The notes beneath the pieces were generated by a model, which saw only the letters and a program-made list of their open reading frames with translations, was not told the DNA's origin and searched no databases. A DNA stretch of 64,000 nucleotides from Eledone cirrhosa (Eukaryota). Positions 48,894 through 61,600 of the stretch are shown here, in pieces. The DNA lies in the NCBI GenBank assembly GCA_964016885.1, contig OZ024740.1, forward strand, positions 9,486,001 through 9,550,000. The letters are read 5' to 3'. How positions within the stretch are numbered: the first letter of the stretch is position 1; each line of letters begins with the position of its first letter. Position numbers and translations under genes: made by a program.

Positions 48894-49682
48894 CATCATC
48901 ATCATCATCATCACCGTTTTACGTCCGTTCTTCCACGCTAGCATGGGTTAGACGGGTTGTCCTGTTGTTGGCAGTGTCTGGTCGGCTGACCATGCCTTGC
49001 TCATACAGGAACTGATCTGGCTTGATTTCTACAGCTGGATGCCCTTCCTAACACCAACCTCATTTACAGTGAGTGCTGGGTGCTTTTTCGTGGCGCCTAC
49101 ACGTCCACTTTACAGTGTGGGCTGGGTGCTTTTTTGCCGTGGCACCTCCACGACCACCTTGCGGTGGGGGGGGGGGGGGCATATTGTTTATATACTTCAG
49201 CATGTACCCATGGGAGGTCGGGTACCCTGTATTACTGCGTGACGCCAGAAGTCACGGTCGTGTGTCATTGACTTTGAGAGGTGTAGTTGGGTAAGGTCGG
49301 CTTTTATCACCTCATCCCAAGTCATCTTGGGTCTCCCCACTCCGCGGTTTCCATCAACTTCTAGTGCTCTGCACCTTTTTATGCAGCTGTCATCCTTCAT
49401 ACGCATCACATGTCCATACCAGCGTAACCGCCTCTCCTGCACGCAGCATTTGATTCCTCTTATGCTCAGTCTCTCTCTCAATTCATTTATGCTTTGTCGT
49501 TCACGTATATTACTGTTACACATCCATCGGAGCATGCAGGCTTCGTTTCTCTCTAATCTACGTAGGTCTTCCACCTTCAGCGCCCAGGTCTCACTACCAT
49601 GCAACATCGCTGTTCGGATACACGCATCATACAGTCTGCCTTTCATTCTGAGGGAGAAGCCTTTTGCAGCTAGCAGTGGTAT
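48892..49682 (-). mobile_element. 5'-truncated RTE of a second, diverged subfamily (copy 4), antisense to the others
   Basis: (ATC)7 at 48892-48912 is a (GAT)7 tail on the minus strand. Homologous 3' UTR (GGTTGGTGTTAGGAAGGGCATCC; CCCATGCTAGCGTGG..CGGACGT). TGGTAT at both ends (48888-48893, 49677-49682). Confidence 0.93.
49197..49682 (-). pseudogene. C-terminal RTE ORF fragment, subfamily 2
   Basis: MKGRLYDACIRTAMLHGSETWALKVEDLRRLERNEACMLRWMC...RRLRWYGHVMRM...GRPKMTWDE. Clearly homologous to copies 1-3 but diverged; stop-free. Confidence 0.85.
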
Positions 49683-52600
49683 GTCAGTTTCAATTTGTAT
49701 ATCAGTTTCGATTGGTATGTGTAGTTTCTATTGGTATACGAGTTTCGATTGGTATATCAGTTTCTATTGGTATGTCAGTTTCGATTAGTATATCAGTTTC
49801 TATTGGTATGTCAGTTTCGATTGGTATGTTAGTCCTCGATTTGTATGTCAGTTTCTATTGGTATATTAGTATCGATTGGTACGTCAGTTTCAATTAGTAT
49901 GTCAGTTTCAATTTGTATATCAATTTCGATTGGTATGTCAGTTTTATTGGTATGTCAGTTTTGATTGGTATATCAGTTTCGGTTGGTATGTCAGTTTCAA
50001 TTGGTATGTGTAGTTTCTATTGGTATACGAGTTTCGATTAGTATGTCAGTTTCTATTGGTATATCAGTTTCGATTAGTATATCAGTTTCTATTGGTATGT
50101 CAGTTTCGATTGGTATGTTAGTCCTCGATTTGTATGTCAGTTTCTATTGGTATATTAGTATCGATTGGTACGTCAGTTTCAATTAGTATGTCAGTTTCAA
50201 TTTGTATATCAGTTTCAATTGGTATGTCAGTTTTATTGGTATGTCAATTTCGATTGGTATATCAGTTTCGGTTGGTATATCAGTTTCGATTGGTATGTCA
50301 GTTTTGATCGCTATGTCAGTTTCGATTGGTATATCAGTTTCCATTGTTATGTTAGTTTCTATTGGTATGTCAGTTTCTATTGGTATATCAGTTTCAATTG
50401 GTGTATCAGTTTCGATTGGTATGTCAGTTTCTATTGGTATGTCAGTTTCTATTGGTATGTTAGTCCTCGATTTGTATGTCAGTTTCTGTTGGTATATCAG
50501 TTTCAATTGGTATGTCAGTTTTGATTAGCATATCAGTTTCTATTTGTATGTCAGTTTCAATTTGTATATCAGTTTCGATTGGTATGTCAGTTTTATTGGT
50601 ATGTCAATTTCGATTGGTATATCAGTTTCGGTTGGTATGTCAGTTTCAATTGGTATGTGTAGTTTCTATTGGTATACGAGTTTCGATTGGTATGTCAGTT
50701 TCTATTGGTATGTCAGTTTCGATTAGTATATCAGTTTCTATTGGTATGTCAGTTTCGATTGGTATGTTAGTCCTCGATTTGTATGTCAGTTTCTATTGGT
50801 ATATCAGTTTCGATTGATATGTCAGTTTCGATTGGTATGTCAGTTTCGATTAGTATATCAGTTTCAAATGGTATGTCAGTTTGGATTGGTATATCAGTTT
50901 CGATTGGTATGTCAGTTTCGATTTGTATGTCAGTTTCTGTTGGTATATCAGTTGCAATTGGTATGTCAGTTTTGATTAGCATATCAGTTTCTATTTGTAT
51001 GTCTGTTTCTTTGGTATATCAGTTTCAATTGGTATATCAGTTTCGATTGTTATGTCAATTTCGATTGGTATGTTAATTTCTATTGGTATATCAGTCTCTG
51101 TTCGTATCTCAGTTTCGATTAGTATATCAGTTTCTATTGGTATGTCAGTTTCGATTGGTATGTTAGTCCTCGATTTGTATGTCAGTTTCCATTGGTATAT
51201 CAGTTTCGATTGGTATGTCAGTTTCTATTGGTATGTCAGTTTCTATTTATATATCAGTTTCGATTGGTATATCAGTTTCGATTGGTATGTCAGTTTTGAT
51301 CGGTATGTCCGTTTCGATTGGTATATTAGTTTCGATTGGTATGTCAGTTTCTATTGGTATATCAGTTTCCATTGGTATATCAGTTTAGATTGGTATGTCA
51401 GTTTCTATTGGTATATCAATTTCTATTGGTATGTCAGTTTCTATTGGTATGTCAGTTTCGATTGGTATATCAGATTCGATTAGTATATCAGTTTCTATTG
51501 GTATATCAGTTTGCATTGTTATATCAGTTTCGATTGGTATATCAGTTTCTATTGGAATATAAGTTTCTATGGGTATGTCAGTTTCAATTGGTATATCAGA
51601 TTCGATTATTATGTCATTTTCTATTGGTATATCAGTTTCCATTGGTATATCAGTTTCGAGTGGTATATCAGTTTCTATTGGTATATCAGTTTATATTGGT
51701 ATGTCACTTTCTATTGGTATGTCAGTTTCTATTGGTATATCAGTTTCGATTCGTATATCAGTTTCGATTGGTATGTCAGTTTTATTGGTATGTCAATTTT
51801 GATTGGTATATCAGTTTCGGTTGGTATGTCAGTTTCAATTGGTATGTGTAGTTTCTATTGGTATACGAGTTTCGATTGGTATGTCAGTTTCTATTGGTAT
51901 GTCAGTTTCGATTAGTATAGCAGTTTCTATTGGTGTGTCAGTTTCGATTGGTATGTTAGTCCTCGATTTGTTTGTCAGTTTCTATTGGTATATTAGTATC
52001 GATTGGTACGTCAGTTTCAATTAGTATGTCAGTTTCAATTTGTATATCAGTTTCGATTGGTATGTCAGTTTTATTGGTATGTCAATTTCGATTGGTATAT
52101 CAGTTTCGGTTGGTATGTCAGTTTTATTGGTATGTCAATTTCGATTGGTATATCAGTTTTGTTTGGTATGTCAGTTTCAATTGGTATGTGTAGTTTCTAT
52201 TGTTATACGAGTTTCGATTGATATGTCAGTTTCTATTGGTATGTCAGTTTCGATTAGTATATCAGTTTCTATTGGTATGTCAGTTTTATTGGTATGTCAA
52301 TTTCGATTGGTATATCAGTTTTGTTTGGTATGTCAGTTTCAATTGGTATGTGTAGTTTCTATTGATATACGAGTTTCGATTGGTATATCAGTTTCTATTG
52401 GTATGTCAGTTTGGATTAGTATGTCAGTTTCAATTTGTATAAAAGTTTCGATTGGTATGTCAGTTTTATTGGTATGTCAATTTCGATTGGTATATCAGTT
52501 TAGGTTGGTATGTCAGTTTCGATTGGTATGTCAGTTTCTATTGGTATACGAGTTTCGATTGGTATATCAGTTTCGATTGGTATGTCAGTTTTGATTGGTA

Positions 52601-55600
52601 TGTCAGTTTCGATTGGTATATCAGTTACTATTGATATGTCAGTTTCGATTGGGATGTCAGTTTCGATTGGTATGTCAGTTTCTATTGGTATATCAGTTTC
52701 GATTAGTATGTTAGTTTCTATTGGTATGTCAGTTTCGATTAGTATATCAGTTTCTATTGGTATGTTAGTTTCGACTTGTATGTCAGTCCTCGATTTGTAT
52801 GTCAGTTTCCATTGGTATATTAGTTTTGATTGGTATGTCAGTCTCGATTGGTATGTCAATTTCTATTGGTATATCAGTTTCTATTGGTATGTCAGTTTCT
52901 ATTGGTATGGCAGTTTCGATTGGTATATCAGATTCGATTAGTTTTTCAGTTTCTATTGGTATATCAGTTTACATTGGTATATCAGTTTCGATTGGGATAT
53001 CAGTTTCTATTGGTATATCAGTTTCTATTGGTATGTCAGTTTCTATTGGTATGTCAGTTTCTATTGTTATATCAGTTTCGATTGGTATATCAGTTTCGAT
53101 TGGTATGTCAGTTTTGATCGGTATGTCAGTTTCGATTGGTATATCAGTTTCCATTGTTATGTTAGTTTCTATTGGTATGTCAGTTTCAATTTGTATATCA
53201 GTTTCGATTGGTATGTCAGTTTTATTGGTATGTCAATTTTGATTGGTATACGAGTTTCGATTGGTATGTCAGTTTCTATTGGCATGTCAGTTTCGATTAG
53301 TATATCAGTTTCTATTGGTATGTCAGTTTCGATTGGTATGTTAGTCCTCGATTTGTATGTCAGTTCTATTGGTATATTAGTATCGATTGGTACGTCAGTT
53401 TCAATTAGTATGTCAGTTTCAATTTGTATATCAGTCTCGATTAGTATGTCAGTTTTATTGGTATGTCAATTTCGATTGGTATATCAGTTTCGGTTGGTAT
53501 GTAAGTTTCAATTGGTATGTGTAGTTTCTATTGGTATACGAGTTTCGATTAGTATATCAGTTTCGAATGGTATGTCAGTTTGGATTGGTATATCAGTTTC
53601 GATTGGTATGTCAGTTTCGATTTGTATGTCAGTTTCTGTTGGTATATCAGTTTCAATTGGTATGTCAGGTTTGATTAGCATATCAGTTTCTATTTGTATG
53701 TCTGTTTCTATTGGTATATCTGTTTCAATTGGTATATCAGTTTCGATTGTTATGTCAATTTCGATTGGTATGTTAGTTTCTATTGGTATATCAGTTTCCA
53801 TTGGTATATTAGTTTAGATTGGTATGTCAGTTTCTGTTGGTATATCAGTTTCTGTTCGTATCTCAGTTTCGATTGGTATGTCAGTTTCTATTGGTATATC
53901 AGTTTCGATTAGTATGTTAGTTTCTATTGGTATGTCAGTTTCGATTAGTATATCAGTTTCTATTGGTATGTCAGTTTCGATTGGTATGTCAGTTTCTATT
54001 GGTATGTCAGTTTCTATTGGTATATCAGTTTCGATTGGTATATCAGTTTTGATTGGTATGTCAGTTTTGATCGGTATGTCCGTTTCGATTGGTATATTAG
54101 TTTCGATTGGTATGTCAGTTTCTATTGGTATATCAGTTTCCATTGGTATATCAGTTTAGATTGGTATGTCAGTTTCTATTGGTATATCAGTTTCTATTTG
54201 TAACTCAGTTTCGATTGTTATGTCAGTTTCTATTGGTATATCAATATCTATTGGTATGTCAGTTTCTATTGGTATGTCAGTTTCGATTGGTATATCAGAT
54301 TCGATTAGTATATCAGTTTCTATTGGTATATCAGTTTGCATTGGTATATCAGTTTCGATTGGTATATCAGTTTCTATTGGTATATCAGTTTCTATTGGTA
54401 TGTCAGTTTCTATTGGTATGTCAGTTTCAATTGGTATATCAGATTCGATTAGTATGTCATTTTCTATTGGTATATCAGTTTCCATTGGTATATCAGTTTC
54501 GATTGGTATATCAGGTTCTATTGGTATGTCAGTTTCTATTGGTATATCAGTTTCGATTGGTATATCAGTTTCGATTGGTATGTCAGTTTTATTGGTATGT
54601 CAATTTTGATTGGTATGTTACTCCTCGATTTGTATGTCAGTTTCTATTGGTATATTAGTATCGATTGGAACGTCAGTTTCAATTAGTATGTCAGTTTCAA
54701 TTCGTATATCAGTTTCGATTGGTATGTCAGTTTTATTGGTATGTCAATTTCGATTGGTATATCAGTTTCGGTTGGTATATCAGTTTCAATTGGTATGTGT
54801 AGTTTCTATTGGTATACGAGTTTCGATTGGTATGTCAGTTTCGATTAGTATATCAGTTTCTATTGGTATGTCAGTTTCGATTGGTATGTTAGTCCTCGAT
54901 TTGTATGTCAGTTTCTATTGGTATATCAGTTTCGATTGGTATGTCAGTTTCGACTGGTATGTCAGTTTCGATTAGTATATCAGTTTCGAATGGTATGTCA
55001 GTTTGGATTGGTATATCAGTTTCGATTGGTATGTCAGTTTCGATTTGTATGTCAGTTTCTGTTGGTATATCAGTTTCAATTGGTATGTCAGTTTTGATTA
55101 GCATATCAGTTTCTATTTGTATGTCTGTTTCTATTGGTATATCAGTTTCAATTGGTATATCAGTTTCGATTGTTATGTCAATTTCGATTGGTATGTCAGT
55201 TTCTATTGGTATATCAGTTTCCATTGGTATATCAGTTTAGATTGGTATGTCAGTTTCTATTGGTATATCAGTTTCTGTTCGTATCTCAGTTTCGATTTGT
55301 ATGTCAGTTTCTATTGGTATATCAGTTTCGATTAGTATGTTAGTTTCTATTGGTATGTCAGTTTCGATTATTATATCAGTTTCTATTGGTATGTCAGTTT
55401 CGATTGGTATGTTAGTCCTCGATTTGTATGTCAGTTTCTATTGGTATATCAGTTTCGATTGGTATGTCAGTTTCGATTGGTATGTCAGTTTCTATTCGTA
55501 TATCAGTTTCTATTGGTATGTCAGTTTCTATTGGTATGTCAGTTTCTATTGGTATATCAGTTTCAATTGGTGTATCAGTTTCGATTAGTATGTCAGTTTC

Positions 55601-58600
55601 AATTTGTATATCAGTTTCGATTGGTATGTCAGTTTCGATTGGTATATCAGTTACTATTGATATGTCAGTTTCGATTGGGATGTCAGTTTCGATTGGTATG
55701 TCAGTTTCTATTGGTATGTCAGTTTCGATTAGTATATCAGTTTCTATTGGTATGTTAGTTTTGATTGGTATGTTAGTCCTCGATTTGTATGTCAGTTTCT
55801 ATTGGTATATCAGTTTCGATTGGCATGTCAGTTTCGATTGGTATGTCAGTTTCTATTGGTATATCAGTTTCTATTGGTATGTCAGTTTCTATTGTTATGT
55901 CAGTTTCAATTGGTATATCAGATTCGATTAGTATATCATTTTCTATTGGTATATCAGTTTCCATTGGTATATCAGTTTCGATTGGTATATCAGTTTCTAT
56001 TGGTATATCAGTTTCTATTGGTATGTCAGTTTCTATTGGTATGTCAGTTTCTATTGGTATATCAGTTTCGATTGGTATATCAGTTTCGATTGGTGTGTCA
56101 GTTTTGATCGGTATGTCAGTTTCGATTGGTATATCAGTTTCGATTGTTATGTTTGTTTCTATTGGTATGTCAGTTTCTATTGGTTCATCAGTTTCAATTG
56201 GTGTATCAGTTTCGATTGGTATGTCAGTTTCAATTTGTATATTAGTTTCGATTGGTATGTCTGTTTTATTGGTATGTCAATTTCGATTGGTATATCAGTT
56301 TAGGTTGGTATGTCAGTTTCGATTGGTATGTCAGTTTCGATTGGTATATCAGTTACTATTAATATGTCAGTTTCGATTGGGATGTCTGTTTCGATTGGTA
56401 TGTCAGTTTCTATTGGTATATCAGTTTCGATTAGTATGTTAGTTTCTATTGGTATGTCAGTTTCGATTAGTATATCAGTTTCTATTGGTAATGTTAGTTT
56501 CGACGGGTATGTTAGTCCTCGATTTGTATGTCAGTTTCCATTGGTATGTCAGTTTCTATTGGTATATCAGTTTCTATTGGTATGTCAGTTTCTATTGGTA
56601 TGTCAGTTTCGATTGGTATATCAGATTCGATTAGTATGTCAGTTTCTATTGGTATATCAGTTTCCATTGGTATATCAGTTTCGATTGGTATATCAGTTTC
56701 TATTGGTAAATCAATTTCTATTGGTATGTCAGTTTCTATTGGTATGTCAGTTTCTATTGGTATATCAGTTTCGATTGGTATATCAGTTTCGATTGGTATG
56801 TCAGTTTTGATCGGTATGTCAGTTTCTAATTGTATATCAATTTCAATTGTTATGTTAGTTTCTATTGGTATGTTAGTTTCTATTGGTATATCAGTTTCAA
56901 TTGGTGTATCAGTTTCGATTGGTATATCAGTTTCGATTGGTATGTCAGTTTTGATCGGCATGTCAGTTTCGATTGGTATATAAGTTTCGATTGTTATGTT
57001 AGTTTCTATTGGTATGTCAGTTTCTATTGGTATATCAGTTTCGATTGGTATATCAGTTTCGATTGGTATGTCAGTTTTGATCGGTATGTCAGTTTCTATT
57101 TGTATATCAGTTTCGATTGTTATGTTAGTTTCTATTGGTATATCAATATCTATTGGTATGTCAGTTTCTATTGGTATGTCAGTTTCGATTGGTATATCAG
57201 ATTCGATTAGTATATCAGTTTCTATTGGTATATCAGTTTGCATTGGTATATCAGTTTCGATTGGTATATCAGTTTCTATTGGTATATCAGTTTCTATTGG
57301 TATGTCAGTTTCTATTGGTATGTCAGTTTCAATTGGTATATCAGATTCGATTAGTATGTCATTTTCTATTGGTATATCAGTTTCCATTGGTATATCAGTT
57401 TTGATTGGTATATCAGGTTCTATTGGTATGTCAGTTTCTATTGGTATATCAGTTTCGATTGGTATATCATTTTCGATTGGTATGTCAGTTTTATTGGTAT
57501 GTCAATTTTGATTGGTATGTTACTCCTCGATTTGTATGTCAGTTTCTATTGGTATATTAGTATCGATTGGAACGTCAGTTTCAATTAGTATGTCAGTTTC
57601 AATTCGTATATCAGTTTCGATTGGTATGTCAGTTTCATTGGTATGTCAATTTCGATTGGTATATCAGTTTCGGTTGGTATATCAGTTTCAATTGGTATGT
57701 GTAGTTTCTATTGGTATACGAGTTTCGATTGGTATGTCAGTTTCGATTAGTATATCAGTTTCTATTGGTATGTCAGTTTCGATTGGTATGTTAGTCCTCG
57801 ATTTGTATGTCAGTTTCTATTGGTATATCAGTTTCGATTGGTATGTCAGTTTCGACTGGTATGTCAGTTTCGATTTGTATGTCAGTTTCTGTTGGTATAT
57901 CAGTTTCAATTGGTATGTCAGTTTTGATTAGCATATCAGTTTCTATTTGTATGTCTGTTTCTATTGGTATATCAGTTTCAATTGGTATATCAGTTTCGAT
58001 TGTTATGTCAATTTCGATTGGTATGTCAGTTTCTATTGGTATATCAGTTTCCATTGGTATATCAGTTTAGATTGGTATGTCAGTTTCTATTGGTATATCA
58101 GTTTTGATCGGTATGTCAGTTTCTATTTGTATATCAGTTTCGATTGTTATGTTAGTTTCTATTGGTATGTCAGTTTCTATTGGTATATCAGTTTCAATTG
58201 GTGTATCAGTTTCGATTGGTATATCAGTTTCGATTGGTATGTCAGTTTTGATCGGTATGTCTGTTTTGATCGGTATGTCAGTTTCGATTGGAATATCAGT
58301 TTCGATTGTTAGGTTAGTTTCTATTGGTATATCAGTTTCAATTGGTGTATCAGTTTCGATTGGTATGTCAGTTTCAATTTGTATATCAGTTTCGAATGGT
58401 ATGTCAGTTTCGATTGGTATATCAGTTTCGATTGGTATGTCAGTTTCGATTTGTATGTCAGTTTCTGTTGGTATATCAGTTTCAATTGGTATGTCAGTTT
58501 TGATTAGCATATCAGTTTCTATTTGTATGTCTGTTTCTATTGGTATATCAGTTTCAATTGGTATATCAGTTTCGATTGTTATGTCAATTTCGATTGGTAT

Positions 58601-61600
58601 GTTAGTTTCTATTGGTATATCAGTTTCCATTGGTATATCAGTTTAGATTGGTATGTCAGTTTCTATTGGTATATCAGTTTCTGTTCGTATCTCAGTTTCG
58701 ATTGGTATGTCAGTTTCTATTGGTATATCAGTTTTGATTAGTATGTTAGTTTCTATTGGTATGTCAGTTTCGATTAGTATATCAGTTTCTATTGGTATGT
58801 CAGTTTCGATTGGTATGTTAGTCCTCGATTTGTATGTCAGTTTCCATTGGTATATCAGTTTCCATTGGTATGTCAGTTTCCATTGGTGTGTCAGTTTCTA
58901 TTGGTATATCAGTTTCGATAGGTATATCAGTTTCGATTGGTATGTCAGTTTTGATCGGTATGTCCATTTCGATTGGTATATTAGTTTCGATTGGTATGTC
59001 AGTTTCTATTGGTATATCAGTTTCCATTGGTATATCAGGTTAGATTGGTATGTCAGTTTCTATTGGTATATCAGTTTCTATTTGTATCTCAGTTTCGATT
59101 GGTATGTCAGTTTCTATTGGTATATCAATTTCTATTGGTATGTCAGTTTCTATTGGTATGTCAGTTTCGATTGGTATATCAGATTCGATTCGTATATCAG
59201 TTTCTATTGGTATATCAGTTTGCATTGGTATATCAGTTTCTATTGGTATATCAGTTTCTATTGGTATGTCAGTTTCTATTGGTATGTCAGTTTCAAATGG
59301 TATATCAGATTCGATTAGTATGTCATTTTCTATTGGTATATCAGTTTCCATTAGTATATCAGTTTCGAGTGGTATATCAGTTTCTATCGGTATATCAGTT
59401 TCTATTGGTATGTCAGTTTCTATTGGTATGTCAGTTTCTATTGGTATATCAGTTTCGATTGGTATATGAGTTTCGATTGGTATGTCAGTTTTATTGGTAT
59501 GTCAATTTTGATTGGTATATCAGTTTCGGTTGGTATGTCAGTTTCAATTGGTATGTGTAGTTTCTATTGGTATACGAGTTTCGATTAGTATATCAGTTTC
59601 TATTGGTGTGTCAGTTTCGATTGGTATGTTAGTCCTCGATTTGTATGTCAGTTTCTATAGGTATATTAGTATCGATTGGTATATCAGTTTCGATTGTTAT
59701 GTCAGTTTTGATTGGTATGTCAGTTTCGATTGGTATATCAGTTACTATTGATATGTCAGTTTCGATTGGGATGTTAGTTTCGATTGGTATGTCAGTTTCT
59801 ATTGGTATATCAGTTTCGATTAGTATGTTAGTTTCTATTGGTATGTCAGTTTCGATTAGTATATCAGTTTCTATTGGTATGTTAGTTTCGACTGGTATAT
59901 TAGTCCTCGATTTGTATGTCAGTTTCCATTGGTATATTAGTTTCGATTGGTATGTCAGTCTCGATTGGTATGTCAATTTCTATTGGTATATCAGTTTCTA
60001 TTGGTATGTCAGTTTCTATTAGTTTGTCAGTTTCTATTGTTATATCAGTTTCGATTGGTATATCAGTTTCGATTGGTATGTCAGTTTTGATCGGTATGTC
60101 AGTTTCGATTGGTATATCAGTTTCCATTGTAATGTTAGTTTCTATTGGTATGTCAGTTTCTATTGGTATATCAGTTTCAATTGGTGTATCAGTTTCGATT
60201 TGTATGTCAGTTTCAATTTGTATATCAGTTTCGATTGGTATGTCAGTTTCTATTGGTATGTCAGTTTCTATTGGTATGCTAGTCCTCGATTTGTATGTCA
60301 GTTTCTGTTGGTATATCAGTTTCAATTCGTATGTCAGTTTTGATTAGCATATCAGTTTCTATTTGTATGTCAGTTTCTATTGGTATATCAGTTTCGATTG
60401 GTATATCAGTTTCCAATGGTATATCAGTTTAGATTGGTATGTCAGTTTCGATTGGTATGTCAGTTTCTATTGGTATATCAATTTCTATTTGTATGTCAGT
60501 TTCTACTGGTATGACAGTTTCGATTGGTATATCAGATTCGATTAGTATATCAGTTTCTATTGGTATATCAGTTTGCATTGGTATATCAGTTTCGATTGGT
60601 ATATCAGTTTCGATTGGTATGTCTGTTTTGATTGGTATGTCAGTTTCGATTGGCATATCAGTTTCGATTGTTATGTTAGTTTCGATTGGTATGTCAGTTT
60701 CAATTTGTATATCAGTTTCGATTGGTATGTCAGTTTTATTGGTATGTCAATTTTGATTGGTATATCAGTTTCGGTTGGTATGTCAGTTTCAATTGGTATG
60801 TGTAGTTTCTATTGGTATACGAGTTTCGATTGGTATGTCAGTTTCTATTTGTATATCAGTTTCGATTAGTATATCAGTTTCTATTGGTATATCAGTTTCT
60901 ATTGGTATGTCAGTTTCTATTGGTATATCAGTTTCGATTAGTATGTTAGTTTCTATTGGTATGTCAGTTTCGATTATTATATCAGTTTCTATTGGTATGT
61001 CAGTTTCGATTGGTATGTTAGTCCTCGATTTGTATGTCAGTTTCTATTGGTATATCAGTTTCGATTGGTATGTCAGTTTCGATTGGTATGTCAGTTTCTA
61101 TTCGTATATCAGTTTCTATTGGTATGTCAGTTTCTATTGGTATGTCAGTTTCTATTGGTATATCAGTTTCAATTGGTGTATCAGTTTCGATTAGTATGTC
61201 AGTTTCAATTTGTATATCAGTTTCGATTGGTATGTCAGTTTCGATTGGTATATCAGTTACTATTGATATGTCAGTTTCGATTGGGATGTCAGTTTCGATT
61301 GGTATGTCAGTTTCTATTGGTATGTCAGTTTCGATTAGTATATCAGTTTCTATTGGTATGTTAGTTTTGATTGGTATGTTAGTCCTCGATTTGTATGTCA
61401 GTTTCTATTGGTATATCAGTTTCGATTGGCATGTCAGTTTCGATTGGTATGTCAGTTTCTATTGGTATATCAGTTTCTATTGGTATGTCAGTTTCTATTG
61501 TTATGTCAGTTTCAATTGGTATATCAGATTCGATTAGTATATCATTTTCTATTGGTATATCAGTTTCCATTGGTATATCAGTTTCGATTGGTATATCAGT

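Larger units (their letters stand above)
44590..50270. repeat. ~2.35-2.4-kb higher-order duplication; the second copy is split by RTE copy 4 (ends approximate)
   Basis: Offsets 2398 (44639/47037), 2344 (46260/48604) and 3133 = 2344+789 after the insertion (46832/49965). Confidence 0.87.
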
